The notes: generated from the sequence alone by a model not told the origin. A stretch of DNA of 63,652 bases, filler included, from Octopus bimaculoides (GCF_001194135.2; 9 parts of 7 records of this genome joined end to end with filler, not necessarily neighbours in it); one strand, 5' to 3'. Shown: positions 1 to 13,031, numbered from the whole stretch's first letter. Numbers and translations: made by a program.

Positions 1-320
1 TATGTATGTATGTATGTATGTATGCGTGTACGTATGTACGTATGTATGTGTGTGTATGTATGCGTGTACGTATGTACGTATGTATGTGTGTGTATGTATG
101 TGTGTATGTCTGTGTGTGTACGTATGTTCGTATGTGTGTGTATATGTGTGTATGTGTGTATATATGTATGTATATGTGTGTATTTATGTATGGATGTATG
201 TGTATGTATGTATGTGTGTATGTATGTATGTACTTATGTATGTATGTGTGCGTATGTATGTGTGTGTGTATGTATGTATGTATGTATGTATGCATGTATG
301 TATGTATGTGTGCATGTTAG
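1..320. repeat. (TATG)n/(TG)n compound microsatellite
   Basis: Direct; explains the MYVC-type ORFs. Confidence 0.97.
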
Positions 321-339
321 TCAGTTAGTTATTATTCTC

Positions 340-534
340 TTTAATTTGTTTCGGTCGTTAGATTGCGGTCATTAGAAGAACTTTTAGTGGAATGAATCGA
401 CTCCATTCAGTTTTCTTCTTAAGCCTGGCACTTATTCTATCGGAATTTTTTTGACGGACCGCAAAGTTACCAGGATATAAAAACACCAACACCGGTTGTC
501 AAGCGCTGATGGAGACAGACACAGGCACAATGGT

Positions 535-535
<1 letters not shown>
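340..535 (-). mobile_element. SINE family B, old 3' half
   Basis: Matches tail of 36613-36999 copy (gcctggcacttattctatcgg...ggttgtcaagcg). Confidence 0.7.
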
Positions 536-591
<56 letters not shown>

Positions 592-1059
592 GAGAGAGAG
601 AGAGAGCAATAAGAAAATGGAGGGGATCAGTAAGTAGTATTCATCAACTTATAGACATATTATGTCAATATATTTATTTATACGCGCGCGCGCGCGCATA
701 CATACGCAGACGGAGACATGCAGAGAGAAAAACTCTTATAGAGACACGGGTAGATCTGTACGTACTGAGATACACATTGGTGAAAGGAGAGGAAGGAGAA
801 CAAAAGTGTATAAAGTCATTCAGATTATTTAAGAGACGAAGGAAAATTTTGGAACATTTGGTCGAGGCCATGATCAGCGTCTGTGTGTGTGTGTGCGCGC
901 ACGTCCGTATACGCCTCCACGTACTGATTAAAGGGAATTTTAGGAAGTGAAAAGATAGTGTGGCAAAAAAGGATGATAGTGATATAGGAGGACCTCTAGT
1001 GATAATCGGAGAACCCCACCATTCAACATCACCCTGAACATCAAAGGCAAGTGCTTTTT

Positions 1060-1570
1060 TTTTACTTTTCTTCGACTCACAGGTCAATACTTCGAGGGGT
1101 GTCACCCACTCCTGCCATTTTGGCAACTTTCAACCTATCTTTCAATAAACTCACTGGAGGACAGAGCCTCCCTCTGTATCCTCACTTTTCTTTTCAAGTG
1201 GAAACAGCGTTACCTGCCAGATTAGAGGAGGGCGGCGGAGCAATCATCACTATGAACTCGACCAGTAGATGGATCTGTCCCACACGCGACAGCAGTGTCC
1301 GACATAAGCCCACAAGTCAGCAATACTCAGATACTAAACGAGTGCATGCAAAACGGTTTCGTCGCTCTGCACGCATCTCGACCATGCCCATCAGACAGCA
1401 CATCCATGCCTGTAGAGTTTATCTCGAACCGGTAGCACCCTTCGGTAGCACTGTCAGGCCAAGGATTTCTGGAAATTATGCATGGCAGCCCCCGACCGGA
1501 AAGTCCTCCGGAACAGACTAGCCAGTTCGTTTTCATGGACGCCCAGAGTCTCCCCGAGAATGTCGTCATA
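1060..1570 (-). mobile_element. Tx1/L1-clade LINE ORF2 C-terminal fossil (zf-RVT-like)
   Basis: Minus translation DDILGETLGVHENELASLFRRTFRSGAAMHNFQKSLA*QCYRRVLPVRDKLYRHG...RCVQSDETVLHALV*; LPxRDxL and CxxC..ET..H pattern; several stops. Confidence 0.8.
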
Positions 1571-1759
1571 CTTCCTTTCCATTAATCCTCTATATATATA
1601 TTGTTAGACTGGAACATCCACCGATCCCATTGCTCGATTGGTAGAGGACTGTGAGCATCTGACGACATTCTAGGTGCCAGGTGCCCAGTTTCGCCCTTTC
1701 ATTCACCCATGACTACAGCCCCGTCAAAGAAACGAGCTGAAGAAAGACGATCCACATAC

Positions 1760-2270
1760 ATTCGCCGATGATACCAACACAGCATTGAATACATTGGGAA
1801 TAGACCCAAATGATATTGAGGACGAATCCATAGAAAGAAACAGTGTAGAAATAAATAATGCGAAAGATGCAATCATTCGTGAGCAAAGCAAAATCAAATA
1901 CTCAGATAAGCAAGCTAGTGAGAACCTCCTAAAAATTCGAAGCTTCCATAAGTATAAAAACTTATCAAAATAAAGATGCGGCATTGAAGTCATTGCTAAA
2001 CGAAATCGATTATGACATAACAAATATAAATCAGGCTTTCTATGCCATAGCATTCGCAGCATATAAAAGATTAGGAATCAAGATTAAGAAAAGCAAACCT
2101 ATCAAGTACAGGATATAATATATCCATTGGAAAATCTGCAAGCACCATAGGAAAGAAATGTCTAAGAACTGGTATGAACACCTTCCCCAACCAGTCCCTA
2201 AGATTGGCCACATTGCCATTCTGTAGGATTTTACAATTCGTACCATCAAAGCAAATCGCCCAAATTGGGT
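1760..2270 (+). mobile_element. R4/Dong-clade non-LTR fossil, internally deleted
   Basis: DITNINQAFYAIAFAAYKRLGIKIKK (N-terminal-like) joined to YIHWKICKHH..KNWYEHLPQPV..IL*DFTIRTIKANRP (C-terminal RLE-region motif). Confidence 0.7.
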
Positions 2271-2610
2271 AAATTATTATTAATGAAATATATTATATTC
2301 TCATAACAGACAATTTACCAATGGGTTTCATACAGGGAGTTGGTGATTGCCAGGGTTTTCTCAACTCCCGACGTGAACCGATTGGTAAATTAGCTGTTAT
2401 GATAACATCTCTCTCTCTCTGTATATANNNNNNNNNNNNNNNNNNNNNNNNNNNNNNNNNNNNNNNNNNNNNNNNNNNNNNNNNNNNNNNNNNNNNNNNN
2501 NNNNNNNNNNNNNNNNNNNNNNNNNNNNNNNNNNNNNNNNNNNNNNNNNNNNNNNNNNNNNNNNNNNNNNNNNNNNNNNNNNNNNNNNNNNNNNNNNNNN
2601 NNNNNNNNNN

Positions 2611-2645
<35 letters not shown>

Positions 2646-3127
2646 CATAATACGCTACGTGCTTTTGTACATATATACATTTGTACCAGTTTATAAAATT
2701 TACTTTCTAAATCATTCATTATGAGCTGGAGTCGTTCTGTTCATCTTCTTTTTTTTTTTTTTTATTTTTTTTTATTTTGCGTTTGTCACATAACTCATAA
2801 TGAGACAGTTTGAAGTTTGTCTTAATTATGTTCCTTGCTTTAACAGCGTTTCTACTTAGTTGATGCTTGTCATTTGTATTCGAAGGTTCTTTCCACTTTT
2901 TAATGCTTAACTAAACTAATATAATAAAATACTATGTTTCGTATCGGTCATGCTGGCAGTGGAAAACTAAAACAACAAACGGAGGGAAAGTGTGGAGCAA
3001 TCAGAGATGCCAAAACAGACGAAATGTTGTGAGAAGTTTTACTCAGAAGTCACTGCGCAAATTTTTATCATAAAAATATTTACTTTAATAATCTCTCTCT
3101 CACACACACACACATATGAAATTACAT

Positions 3128-3336
3128 ATTCTTGTCTACTCAAGGCCTAAAATTTTCGGGGAGGGGCCAGTCGATTAGATCGACCCAGTACGCAACTGGT
3201 ACTTAATTTATCGACCTCGAAAGGATGAAAGGCAAAGTCGACCTCGGCGGAATTTGAACTCAAAACGTAAAGACAGACGAAATACTGCTAAGCGTTTCGG
3301 CCGGCGTGCTAACGTTTCTGACAGCTCGCCGCCTTT
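3128..3336 (-). mobile_element. tRNA-derived SINE family A, full length
   Basis: Minus strand has A-box, B-box GAGTTCAAATTCC and body GTCGACTTTGCCTTTCATCCTTTC; many copies in window. Confidence 0.92.
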
Positions 3337-3544
3337 ATAAAATTATATGTCACACTATCTCAAAGTTTTAACAAACATATTGAAATCTATCTATAAACAT
3401 CCCGAACTTTTGAATCACAGAGAGGGCTATCTCAAAGTTTGAAATAACAGAAACTAGCTTACACATATTTTGGTTGTTAAACAGAAATCCTAGAAGTCGC
3501 AGATCGAGTGAGAGAGGGACAGAGCGGCAATCCCAGGTAAAATC

Positions 3545-3630
3545 AAAAATCATCAGTGTCCCCATTGCGACTTCATAGCAAAATCCTCACCCGGACTGAA
3601 ATAACATCCCCGCATCCATCGCAAATGGAT
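3545..3630 (+). pseudogene. Single degenerate C2H2 finger, probably RTE-type LINE C-terminus
   Basis: HQCPHCDFIAKSSPGLK*HPRIH = C-X2-C-X12-H-X3-H with an in-frame stop. Confidence 0.5.
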
Positions 3631-3849
3631 GTAGCTTCTTAGACTTTCTTTCTCTCTTTCCTTCTTTCTATTACTCTCTTTAACTTTAAGTCCTCTCCTT
3701 CGAACACTCACACGTCGGAACTGACAGGTGCGACCATTATTCTATATATATATATTTTTTCCTGTCTTGTTTTTTGTCCGCCACTACATTCCTCCATGGC
3801 TAGATTTAATTTGTGTATACAAATTTAATCTGCGATCCATGGGACGAGC

Positions 3850-3930
3850 CGTTTTAGCGATGCGTCCTGCCCAAGCTCGTCGAAACGCCGGTGTTAAAAC
3901 GTGGGTGGCTGATGAAGGAGATGTTCTCTA
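3850..3930 (+). ncRNA. Hammerhead-like motif with permuted strand order (copy 1)
   Basis: GCGT-C-CTGCCCA...GAA-ACGC...TGGGTGG-CTGATGA; pairings covary with 60120-60205 copy. Confidence 0.6.
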
Positions 3931-4190
3931 TGTGGCTCGTGTGTTATCGTCTACGTTTGTTTGCAATGTCCTGTACCCAGATATGCACCTACACATACAG
4001 GTGGATGTCGGTATGCACATACCTGTACGTATATATGCATATAGTCATTTACTATTTGTTTTTACATGATTGAACGCAGCATCTTCCAAANNNNNNNNNN
4101 NNNNNNNNNNNNNNNNNNNNNNNNNNNNNNNNNNTTAATTAATTAANNNNNNNNNNNNNNNNNNNNNNNNNNNNNNNNNNNNNNNNNNNN

Positions 4191-4249
<59 letters not shown>

Positions 4250-4250
4250 C

Positions 4251-4300
<50 letters not shown>

Positions 4301-4565
4301 GTCTGTTTTTCTGTCTGTCTACCTGTCTACTTGTATGTCTGCTTCTATCTATGTATGTATGTATGTATGTATGTATGCATGTAGGTATGTGTGTATGTAC
4401 TATGTATCTATCTGTCTATATATCTATCTGTCTATATATCTATCTGTCTATCAGTCTGTCTGTCTGTTGCCTGTCTGTCTGTCTGTCTGTATGTCTGTCT
4501 ATCTATCTATCTGTCTGTCTGTCTGTCTATCTATCAATCTGTTTGTCTATCTGTCTGTCTATCTA
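4191..4565. repeat. (CTAT)n/(CTGT)n/(TATG)n microsatellite
   Basis: Direct. Confidence 0.97.
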
Positions 4566-4599
4566 TCTTAAAGGAGCATGTGTTGATGGTCGTAGAAAA

Positions 4600-5400
4600 G
4601 AGAGAGTCACTGGAAAGTGGAGGTGCAAGGCCTAAAAGAAAATATCTTATGAGATGATGGGAATACTTGTTATGAAATTACCGTTCGCTTCTGTTGGTTA
4701 TAAAAAGTTTTGGAGTTTTGACAGCTCGAAATGTACCGTTAAGTTTCCGTGCGTCCAAATTTTGTAGCTACATAATAAATGCTCCTATTGTGAGTTGCAC
4801 ATTGTGAAGAGAGACCGCAGTAGGCAGGAAATATATAAGAAAATTTGTTGAGTAGAGGCAATATTTTCAATACCAGCTATAATGTGTACTGACCATTTGG
4901 ACTCGGAGGTTACCTCTTTAGTGAAGATGACATTGATGTCCTGCACAGTGTCATTTTTAGAAGGTAAAATGGTGCGTTCAGAGAACCTCTCATAGTTTTC
5001 ATAATGAGTGTCCAGTATAAAGTTTCAAAAACATTTCATTAGATGTTTAATGAACGATTCAGAAATTCTTTGAAATTCTGGTGCCCCTATAGCCAGTGTT
5101 AGCTGGAGCAAATCTACGCAGTGACATCTCTGGTAAGTGCGACCCACATGTTGGAAGAAAGGGGAAGTTTTTTTCTCCCGTCTCCAACAGAGATTTCTTT
5201 GGGGGATGCTTTGAAATCATCAGTAGGTACAACATTTAATTTGACTCGAATCTTCATAGAACTTGAGAATTAGGAGAAGCATATAAGGATTTGCTTCAAA
5301 TCGTCATAGAACAAGACTGCAACACCGGTCAGTATTGCCTCTGAGATCTTATAAACTACATTCAAGAGTCTTAAGCAGAAGTCTGTGAAAGACTGAACAC
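4600..5400 (-). mobile_element. Helitron PIF1-helicase fossil
   Basis: Minus translation GVAVLFYDDLKQIL, FSERTILPSKNDTVQDIN, SLHNVQLTIGAFIM*LQNLDARKLNGT resembles Helitron GGxxVLxxGDFRQ, ERAILAPKN and PHxLxLKxGxPIMLLRNL..NGTR motifs in the expected order. Confidence 0.82.
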
Positions 5401-5452
5401 CCCCACCTTCACTCATGCCTTCAGCTTCGCGTGCATCCGAAATTGTGTACGC

Positions 5453-5483
<31 letters not shown>

Positions 5484-6611
5484 CGTGTGGGCGTGCGTGT
5501 GTGTGTGTGTGTGTGCGTGCGTGCGTGTGTGTATATGTATACATATACACACATATGTATATATACACATACACACATATATACACATACACACACATGT
5601 ATGTATGTGCGTGTGTCTATGCATACACACACATATACATATACACATACATACACACACACACACACACACGTACGTATATAGCTTATAAATATAAAAG
5701 TATTCAAATTTGTAACCTATATTTGTGATAACTTATGCTAGACAAATACATCTCTGTAAGTAGCAAAGTAACAGACTTCATTAACTATATTTCGTTTTTA
5801 TCTCTATCTTGGTATTCGACAGATGAAACTAAAATTCACCCTACTATCAGGCTTTTTGGCTTACATCTCATAAACTTGAATATTGTAATCTTTAGGCCTT
5901 CATTAAATGTCAGAATACAACAGGTCTTTAAAAAAAAAGTCACACAAAAAGAGAAAAGGAAAATATTTCTATAGGAAAAAAATACCAGGTGCCAAACAAA
6001 AGCAGCCAATAATTGGATATCGGTGCCAAATCTAGACGGCAAACTTATTCAGCTATGTTAAGGTCGACTATGTTGGAAAAACAACATCAAAAAAGCAAAC
6101 AAAAAACTTAAATAAACCCTTGTGTTGTGTTTGAAATGAAGACTCTAGAGTATTTTAGTCTTGTCAAAGTAGACAGACACACAACCAAGTCTACAAGAGT
6201 TTAATTAATGTTTCAAAGAAACAAGTACTTACACACACACGTACACACACCCACATGTACGCACATACACATACGTACACACACCTACACACACAGGCAT
6301 ACACATACTTAAACAAACACACACACACATATATATGTGTGTATATGTATACATATACCAGCATGTATGCGTGTTTGCATATTCAGGTATATTCGTATAA
6401 CTTACTCTATTTCACGTTAACAGGAAAGTACGTTCAGACAGAACACATTCGTACACACACATACACACACTCACATACATACACCCACAGCCATGTATGT
6501 ATGTATGTATGTATGTATGTATGTATGTATGTACCTATGCATGAATGCAGCGGTGTGTATGCGTGGCGTACTTGCTTGTGAGTATGTTTACATTTAAGTA
6601 CGTATATGTAC

Positions 6612-6650
<39 letters not shown>

Positions 6651-7090
6651 NNNNNNNNNNNNNNNNNNNNNNNNNNNNNNNNNNNNNNNNNNNNNNNNNN
6701 NNNNNNNNNNNNNNNNNNNNNNNNNNNNNNNNNNNNNNNNNNNNNNNNNNNNNNNNNNNNNNNNNNNNNNNNNNNNNNNNNNNNNNNNNNNNNNNNNNNN
6801 NNNNNNNNNNNNNNNNNNNNNNNNNNNNNNNNNNNNNNNNNNNNNNNNNNNNNNNNNNNNNNNNNNNNNNNNNNNNNNNNNNNNNNNNNNNNNNNNNNNN
6901 NNNNNNNNNNNNNNNNNNNNNNNNNNNNNNNNNNNNNNNNNNNNNNNNNNNNNNNNNNNNNNNNNNNNNNNNNNNNNNNNNNNNNNNNNNNNNNNNNNNN
7001 NNNNNNNNNNNNNNNNNNNNNNNNNNNNNNNNNNNNNNNNNNNNNNNNNNNNNNNNNNNCCTTAAATATACTGTATATTTACATAAATAA

Positions 7091-7133
<43 letters not shown>

Positions 7134-7492
7134 CAAATATATGTATATGTATATATGTGTATATATTAGCATAATTGCATACATAATATTTTGTTATCTA
7201 TCAATGTATATATCTCTCTTGCTTACACTTTTGTTCAAGTTCTCATTCCACTAACCTTGAACAATATCAAAAGATTTGATATTTCTTTACTTTAGAGTAC
7301 TTTCTGTTTTCTGTTTCCTTTTGACCTCTATTGAATTCTTTCTCATGAATTATAATGTTTCCTTTCATGCCAATATTCATAAACAAACGCAGTCGCTCTT
7401 ACACAGACACAGACACAGACACAGACACACACGCAGACAGACACAGACAGTCCCCCCCCACACACAAACACACACACACACACACACACTCA

Positions 7493-7527
<35 letters not shown>

Positions 7528-8342
7528 GCACAGTGTCGCACAATGTTTTGCGTACATTAATGAATATATAGGCACATCACATTCTCACATATATATGTGT
7601 GTGTATGTGTGTGTGTGTGTGCGTGTGTGTATGTGGGTGCGTGTGTATGTATGTGTCTATGTGTGTGAGTGAGCGCGTGTGTAAGCACGGGAAAAGATGC
7701 TTATATATATATAGTATCTAAATTGGGAGACAACTTCAAGATAGAGGAAGGAAGTATTGTTTAATTCTTTCCTTCGTTTAATTTCAATATGAACAATTCC
7801 GTTTGAAAAACTTTAGCTCAATAAGACCTATTTAGATGTTTATTTTTTAAAATTAAATTTAATTAAAAGGAAGTTAGATTTTCCTATGTGACATAAAGTC
7901 AAAACACTGGAACGTTTTTGTATATTATGACTTCATATCTTTCTGCAACTTTCGCTATGTTCTATGTGAATATGTTGGATTAAGCAATTCCTGCAAGTAA
8001 ATGATAATTAAGCACCGATAATACACTCACTCGATCCCGGTAACTAGCAAATGAAGAGCGCACCACGTTCAATTAATATTTAGTACATTATCGATCACAA
8101 AACGAAGTTTTTTACCTCCAATTTCTTTCTGAAATATGACAAATTATGTTCAAAGACATAACTGTCGTGTGCAACTGCTTGTGATGTTTAGGTCGCACTA
8201 AAACAGTGTTCATGAATATTAATGTATATTGAACACCGACGTGTTTCCTACCACTGACTCTCTTTAATGCTGGCGTTCAAAAGGTACAAATCTAACGTCA
8301 ACCGTTCCAAAAATAACCTGATAACCTTCCCCTCCTCAAAAG

Positions 8343-8500
8343 GTGCACTTACAATTTGATAATTCTTATGAAAATAGTAACGCAACGTCTGTCGAAGAAT
8401 ATAAATTATCTTTGGTTGGCACAAGTGATACTACAGCCTATAGTTATGATAGCTTCCCCATGTCTATCTCAAATGCTAAAAACTGCACAGAGAATAGAAG
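8343..8500 (+). CDS. Candidate internal exon, unknown product
   Basis: cttcccctcctcaaaag acceptor; open frame VHLQFDNSYEN...KNCTENR; donor gtaaaa; no family recognised. Confidence 0.25.
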
Positions 8501-10191
8501 GTAAAAGTGCAAATGTTTTAATCAATTCTAATGCAATTGTTTGTAAAGCTAGTAATAGAGAAGTTGTAAAAGTCAATCTAGACTTTCTTCTGAGAGGTCA
8601 TAATTAGTTTATAAACACAATAATCTACTGGGCAGACATTATTAAATTAATGTATTACTGGTCAGAAGTCTTTAAAAAGAAAATTTGCGATCTTATGCTG
8701 ATAGATTTATTTGTCACTCGAATAAATTTTATTGATTTTTTCTTGAATAGCCACTGATTAATATGCTGTTATATCATCAGATATACGCCTGATTAAACAA
8801 TTCACTAATCCAGTCTCTGTGCGCTCGGTGCACCGGGAAAACGGATTTAATATCTTGCCTAAGAAGCCCATCTATTTCAACCATACAATTAATAATTTTG
8901 TGGGGTATGTAACAACATATGCTACCCCTACCGGCTGGCCTACGTAATACTTTAGATACGAACATAATACTCCAGATAAAAACTAGATGATCCAATGTTG
9001 TTCACCCATGACAAAAATGGTGCATTTCGGAAATTCACTCAGGCTGTCTCAGATTCCTGAAAATGTGTGAACATGTTTACGAGACTTTTGCAACCGATTC
9101 CTTATCAGCTGGCACTACACAGTCCTCCATATGTACATCCAAAATGGCTTTCCAATCATGTAATAGCACTGACTACCAGAGTACCGTCTGGGTTCATGAA
9201 AATCAACCGGATTTTGTGACGCAGCTCTTTCCTAAAAAACAACGCCACACCGTTCTTCATTCCATGTCGGATAAGAAATCCGTAGAGTTATAAACAACAG
9301 TTACAAAAAAAAAAAAAAACGCGTCGGGAATTTTGGTCTTGCTGATGACTACAAAATCCATAGCTAGTGACATGAAGACGTTGAGCAGGTACCCCTGCTA
9401 CCAGGATAAACTCAGGCTAAGCGCATTTATGTGGCCCACTGTGAGATCTGTCATACTGGTAGGGAAGAAGGGAAGAGTCAAAGAATGCTACCTACATTAA
9501 AAGCTCTTTTTTATTCTTAAATCGTGTTCCTTAAGGAAGGAGACTGTTCGAGACCATTATAATGGGCTTTCTAATGTTATTTGGGAAACTCCCCACTCTC
9601 TCTCTCTCTCTCTCGTTTTCGTATACCCCTGCGTTGGCAGCCCTAACAATTTCATGCTACCTGGTTCTTTTATGGTAATTGTACTGAAGATCTGCTTCGT
9701 GTCACTGCGGTCAAATTGTACCAAGTTCTCTATTTGTCCTTACCAGCAGATATTTCGATGTGAGTGCAAGTTTTAGTTGTTATGAGTCGAGTTGTGTATT
9801 ATTTAACTGGTGTTGATATCTTCTTAGTAGTCGGGTCAGTATGTTTATTTGCTGGTTTTGCTCTTGTGTGTTTGTTGTTTCGTTTGTGTGTTTTCCTTTT
9901 CTTGCTCGTAGTGGAAATGCTGGTAGTGATGATGTATTGTTTTTTTCTTTTGAGGACTTAGCGTTGTTTGGTGTTGATGTAGATTTGGTGATGTTTTGCG
10001 TTTTGCTCCTATTCGTCTTTTGTTTCTTCCAGATTTTTTTTGGCTTTACTTAGATGCCCCCACAATTCATCGTCGTAGGTGGTTTTCGTGTCGGAAAACT
10101 CAGATTCAGGCAGGGGAAGATGTAAGCTTTCTTGTGTGTGCATATCTGTGTTTGTGTCTGCAAGATGGAAAGGAATAGGAAAAGAAAAGGA

Positions 10192-10255
<64 letters not shown>

Positions 10256-12005
10256 NNNNNNNNNNAGAGAGAGAGAGAGAGAGAGAGAGAGGAAGTGGTG
10301 GGTTAGGATATCCCCTGGGTGGAAATACTTGTATTGTAATCGCTACTTTCCGCCACCGCCGTTGCATCTGCTGTGTATTTAGATATTGCTGTTTCATTGC
10401 TCCTATTGTTTATGTTGATACATATGTTTTTATTTTTCGTTTTATTTCACTGTTGAAGCTGCTGCTGATATTACTGTTGCAGCGATGGTTTTCTATTTTC
10501 TTGCTTTGGCCGTGTGGTTAGAAGGCCTCCAGATTTTTAATCGTTTCTCACAGACGGTATCGCAGTTTACTTTCCCTATCTCCAATTACTCGCAGCTCCT
10601 CTCCATTCGGATGGGGGACAATTGAATAGATCAAGTCCTTTACAAGGCTGGTTCACGTTCATCAATCTCAAAGGATGAATAGCAAAATGGATCTCGGCAG
10701 ACATGAAATCAGAATGCTAACAGCCGTAATAGCGAAAATCCTTGTCTGGCATACTAACAATTCTGTTAATATTCCTCAGCAAGCATTAGCATTACGTATC
10801 AATTCACTCACAGCCATTTTGCTAAGACACTGCTGTTTCTTATTGGTACTTACTTTATAGAATCTAAATATGATTTAAATATTATTCTGTGAGAAAATGA
10901 AGAAAGAAATTCAAATTTCAAACATTCAAAGAATCTCTAAGGGAATGGCAAATATCAAATGATGAAATTTAGTGTTGCAATTTGTGTTCCCTAACAAGGA
11001 TTAAATATTGCATACAACCAGACTGAAAGTCGATTGTACAGCATTGTATCTACGCTATTACAGTAGGAAAATGTTCAATTTTATATTATTGGAACCACAT
11101 TTGGGTACAGCAGTATCGTCTGTATTTAGGGAGACAAATTTATAACTAGCGTTTCATTGTTTGCTATACTGAGGGCAAAAAATCTCTATGACGGATATCA
11201 TAGTCACCTGAAGTAAAAAAAAAAATACTCATGTATTATTATGAATGGATAGTTTTGTACTTAAAACTGTATATTCAAACATTACTTTGAATGAGTGGAA
11301 GAAATGCGGATAACACGAAAAATAACTGAGTGTATGGACCGATGAACAAATAGAAAAATAAACAGAGATAACGGGATACATAAGTAAACACACAGACACA
11401 CACACGGACACACCCATGCACAGACACACACACGCACACACCCACGCACAGACAAAAAACATATAAATACACACACACGCGTATATATGTACACGCATCT
11501 AAGCAGAATGATAGATATTAGAAGTGAGAAAGAAGGCATAAATATATGCAGATAGACAAGGTGTTAGATAAGTATATAGATAGATAAGTTGATAGATAGT
11601 AAGTTGTGAAAGGAAAGTGGGTACACAAAAGGAACACACTGATAATTGTGTCGATATATATGTGTATATATTAAAAATGTTTAATATATGTCTATATGTA
11701 TGTATGCAAACATCCGGGTACACAAGTCTATATATATACGTGCGTGTGTGTGTACACGAACATAATGGGTATAGAAGTATTTATATATGTGTATATATAT
11801 ATATATATATAACCATAATACACATAAACGTAAGCACGTACAAACACGCATACATACACACACAGATACACACGCACACAAGCACATAGAAATAAACACA
11901 AACAANNNNNNNNNNNNNNNNNNNNNNNNNNNNNNNNNNNNNNNNNNNNTTAATTAATTAANNNNNNNNNNNNNNNNNNNNNNNNNNNNNNNNNNNNNNN
12001 NNNNN

Positions 12006-12046
<41 letters not shown>

Positions 12047-12109
12047 CATACATACATACATACATACATACATACATACATACGTGTGTGTGTGTGTCTT
12101 TGTGCCCGT

Positions 12110-12310
12110 GTTTTTCCAGCATCAGGACAAAATTCTTGAAGGCATATCAGAGAAGTCAACTACACCTGGATAAATCTCAGTCAACGATAACTCCCTATTT
12201 GAATGGGCCGTAATACCTCAGAACTTACCGCAGAAATGGCTTAACAGATTCTATCAGCTGTTTCGCTAAACCTGGCCTGGGCCAATTTTGAGCCGAAACA
12301 TATGTAAGTT
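12110..12310 (+). mobile_element. Possible decayed Penelope-like terminus
   Basis: KILEGISEKSTTPG*ISVNDNSLFEW resembles a GIY-YIG C-terminus; followed by GAAAC-ATAT-GTA but no intact CTGANGA. Confidence 0.3.
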
Positions 12311-12329
12311 CATTATGTGTTTGTATCAT

Positions 12330-12560
12330 AGTGTTTTTGGTTAATCCCCCACCATCACTAACAACCTGTTGATTTGTTTATGTCCCCGTAATTTAATGGT
12401 TCATCAAAATAAACCGATGAAAGAAGTACTAGACTTTTATATTTATATATACATATATATAAATAAAAGAAGTACTGCGGTTGATTTGTTCGAGTATACA
12501 CACACTTCCAGGCTGTACCAAATAATAGCCACAGTCCAATGACTGATAGAAGTAAAAAAA
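12330..12560 (+). mobile_element. SINE family B, old 3' half
   Basis: Diverged match to family B tail. Confidence 0.6.
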
Positions 12561-12988
12561 AAATATAAGATATGCTCAGTTTAATTTTCGCGTTTTTATA
12601 AAACTAAAACACGAACCATTCTCTGGATGATTTGGATGCAACTATTCCGAGTAAATAAATACTGCAAAACCAACTGAAGATTATCAGCATTTTTCTATGC
12701 AACTTATTCAAAATTAATTGAATCCTTGCAGTTATAGTATTTTAGGTAATGTCGGGTCGTGTTAACCTGGGAGCTGTTGCTTGTATGTATGTATGTATGT
12801 ATGTATGTATGTATGTATGTATGTATGTATGTATGAATGTATGAATGTATGTGTGTGTGTGTGTATGTATGTATGTATGCATGTATGCATGTATGTATGT
12901 ATGTAAATGTAGACGCGTATGTAAGTAAATATATGTATGTATACTTACAAGTATATATACTTACATCAATCAATCAATCAATCAATCG

Positions 12989-13031
<43 letters not shown>

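Noticed and set aside
683-700. (CG)n Z-DNA tracts (also 59728-59741)
   Set aside because: Short and common in this microsatellite background; no evidence of function
9335-9400. CTGATGA as a hammerhead or C/D box
   Set aside because: No GAAA, stem III or stem I partner found
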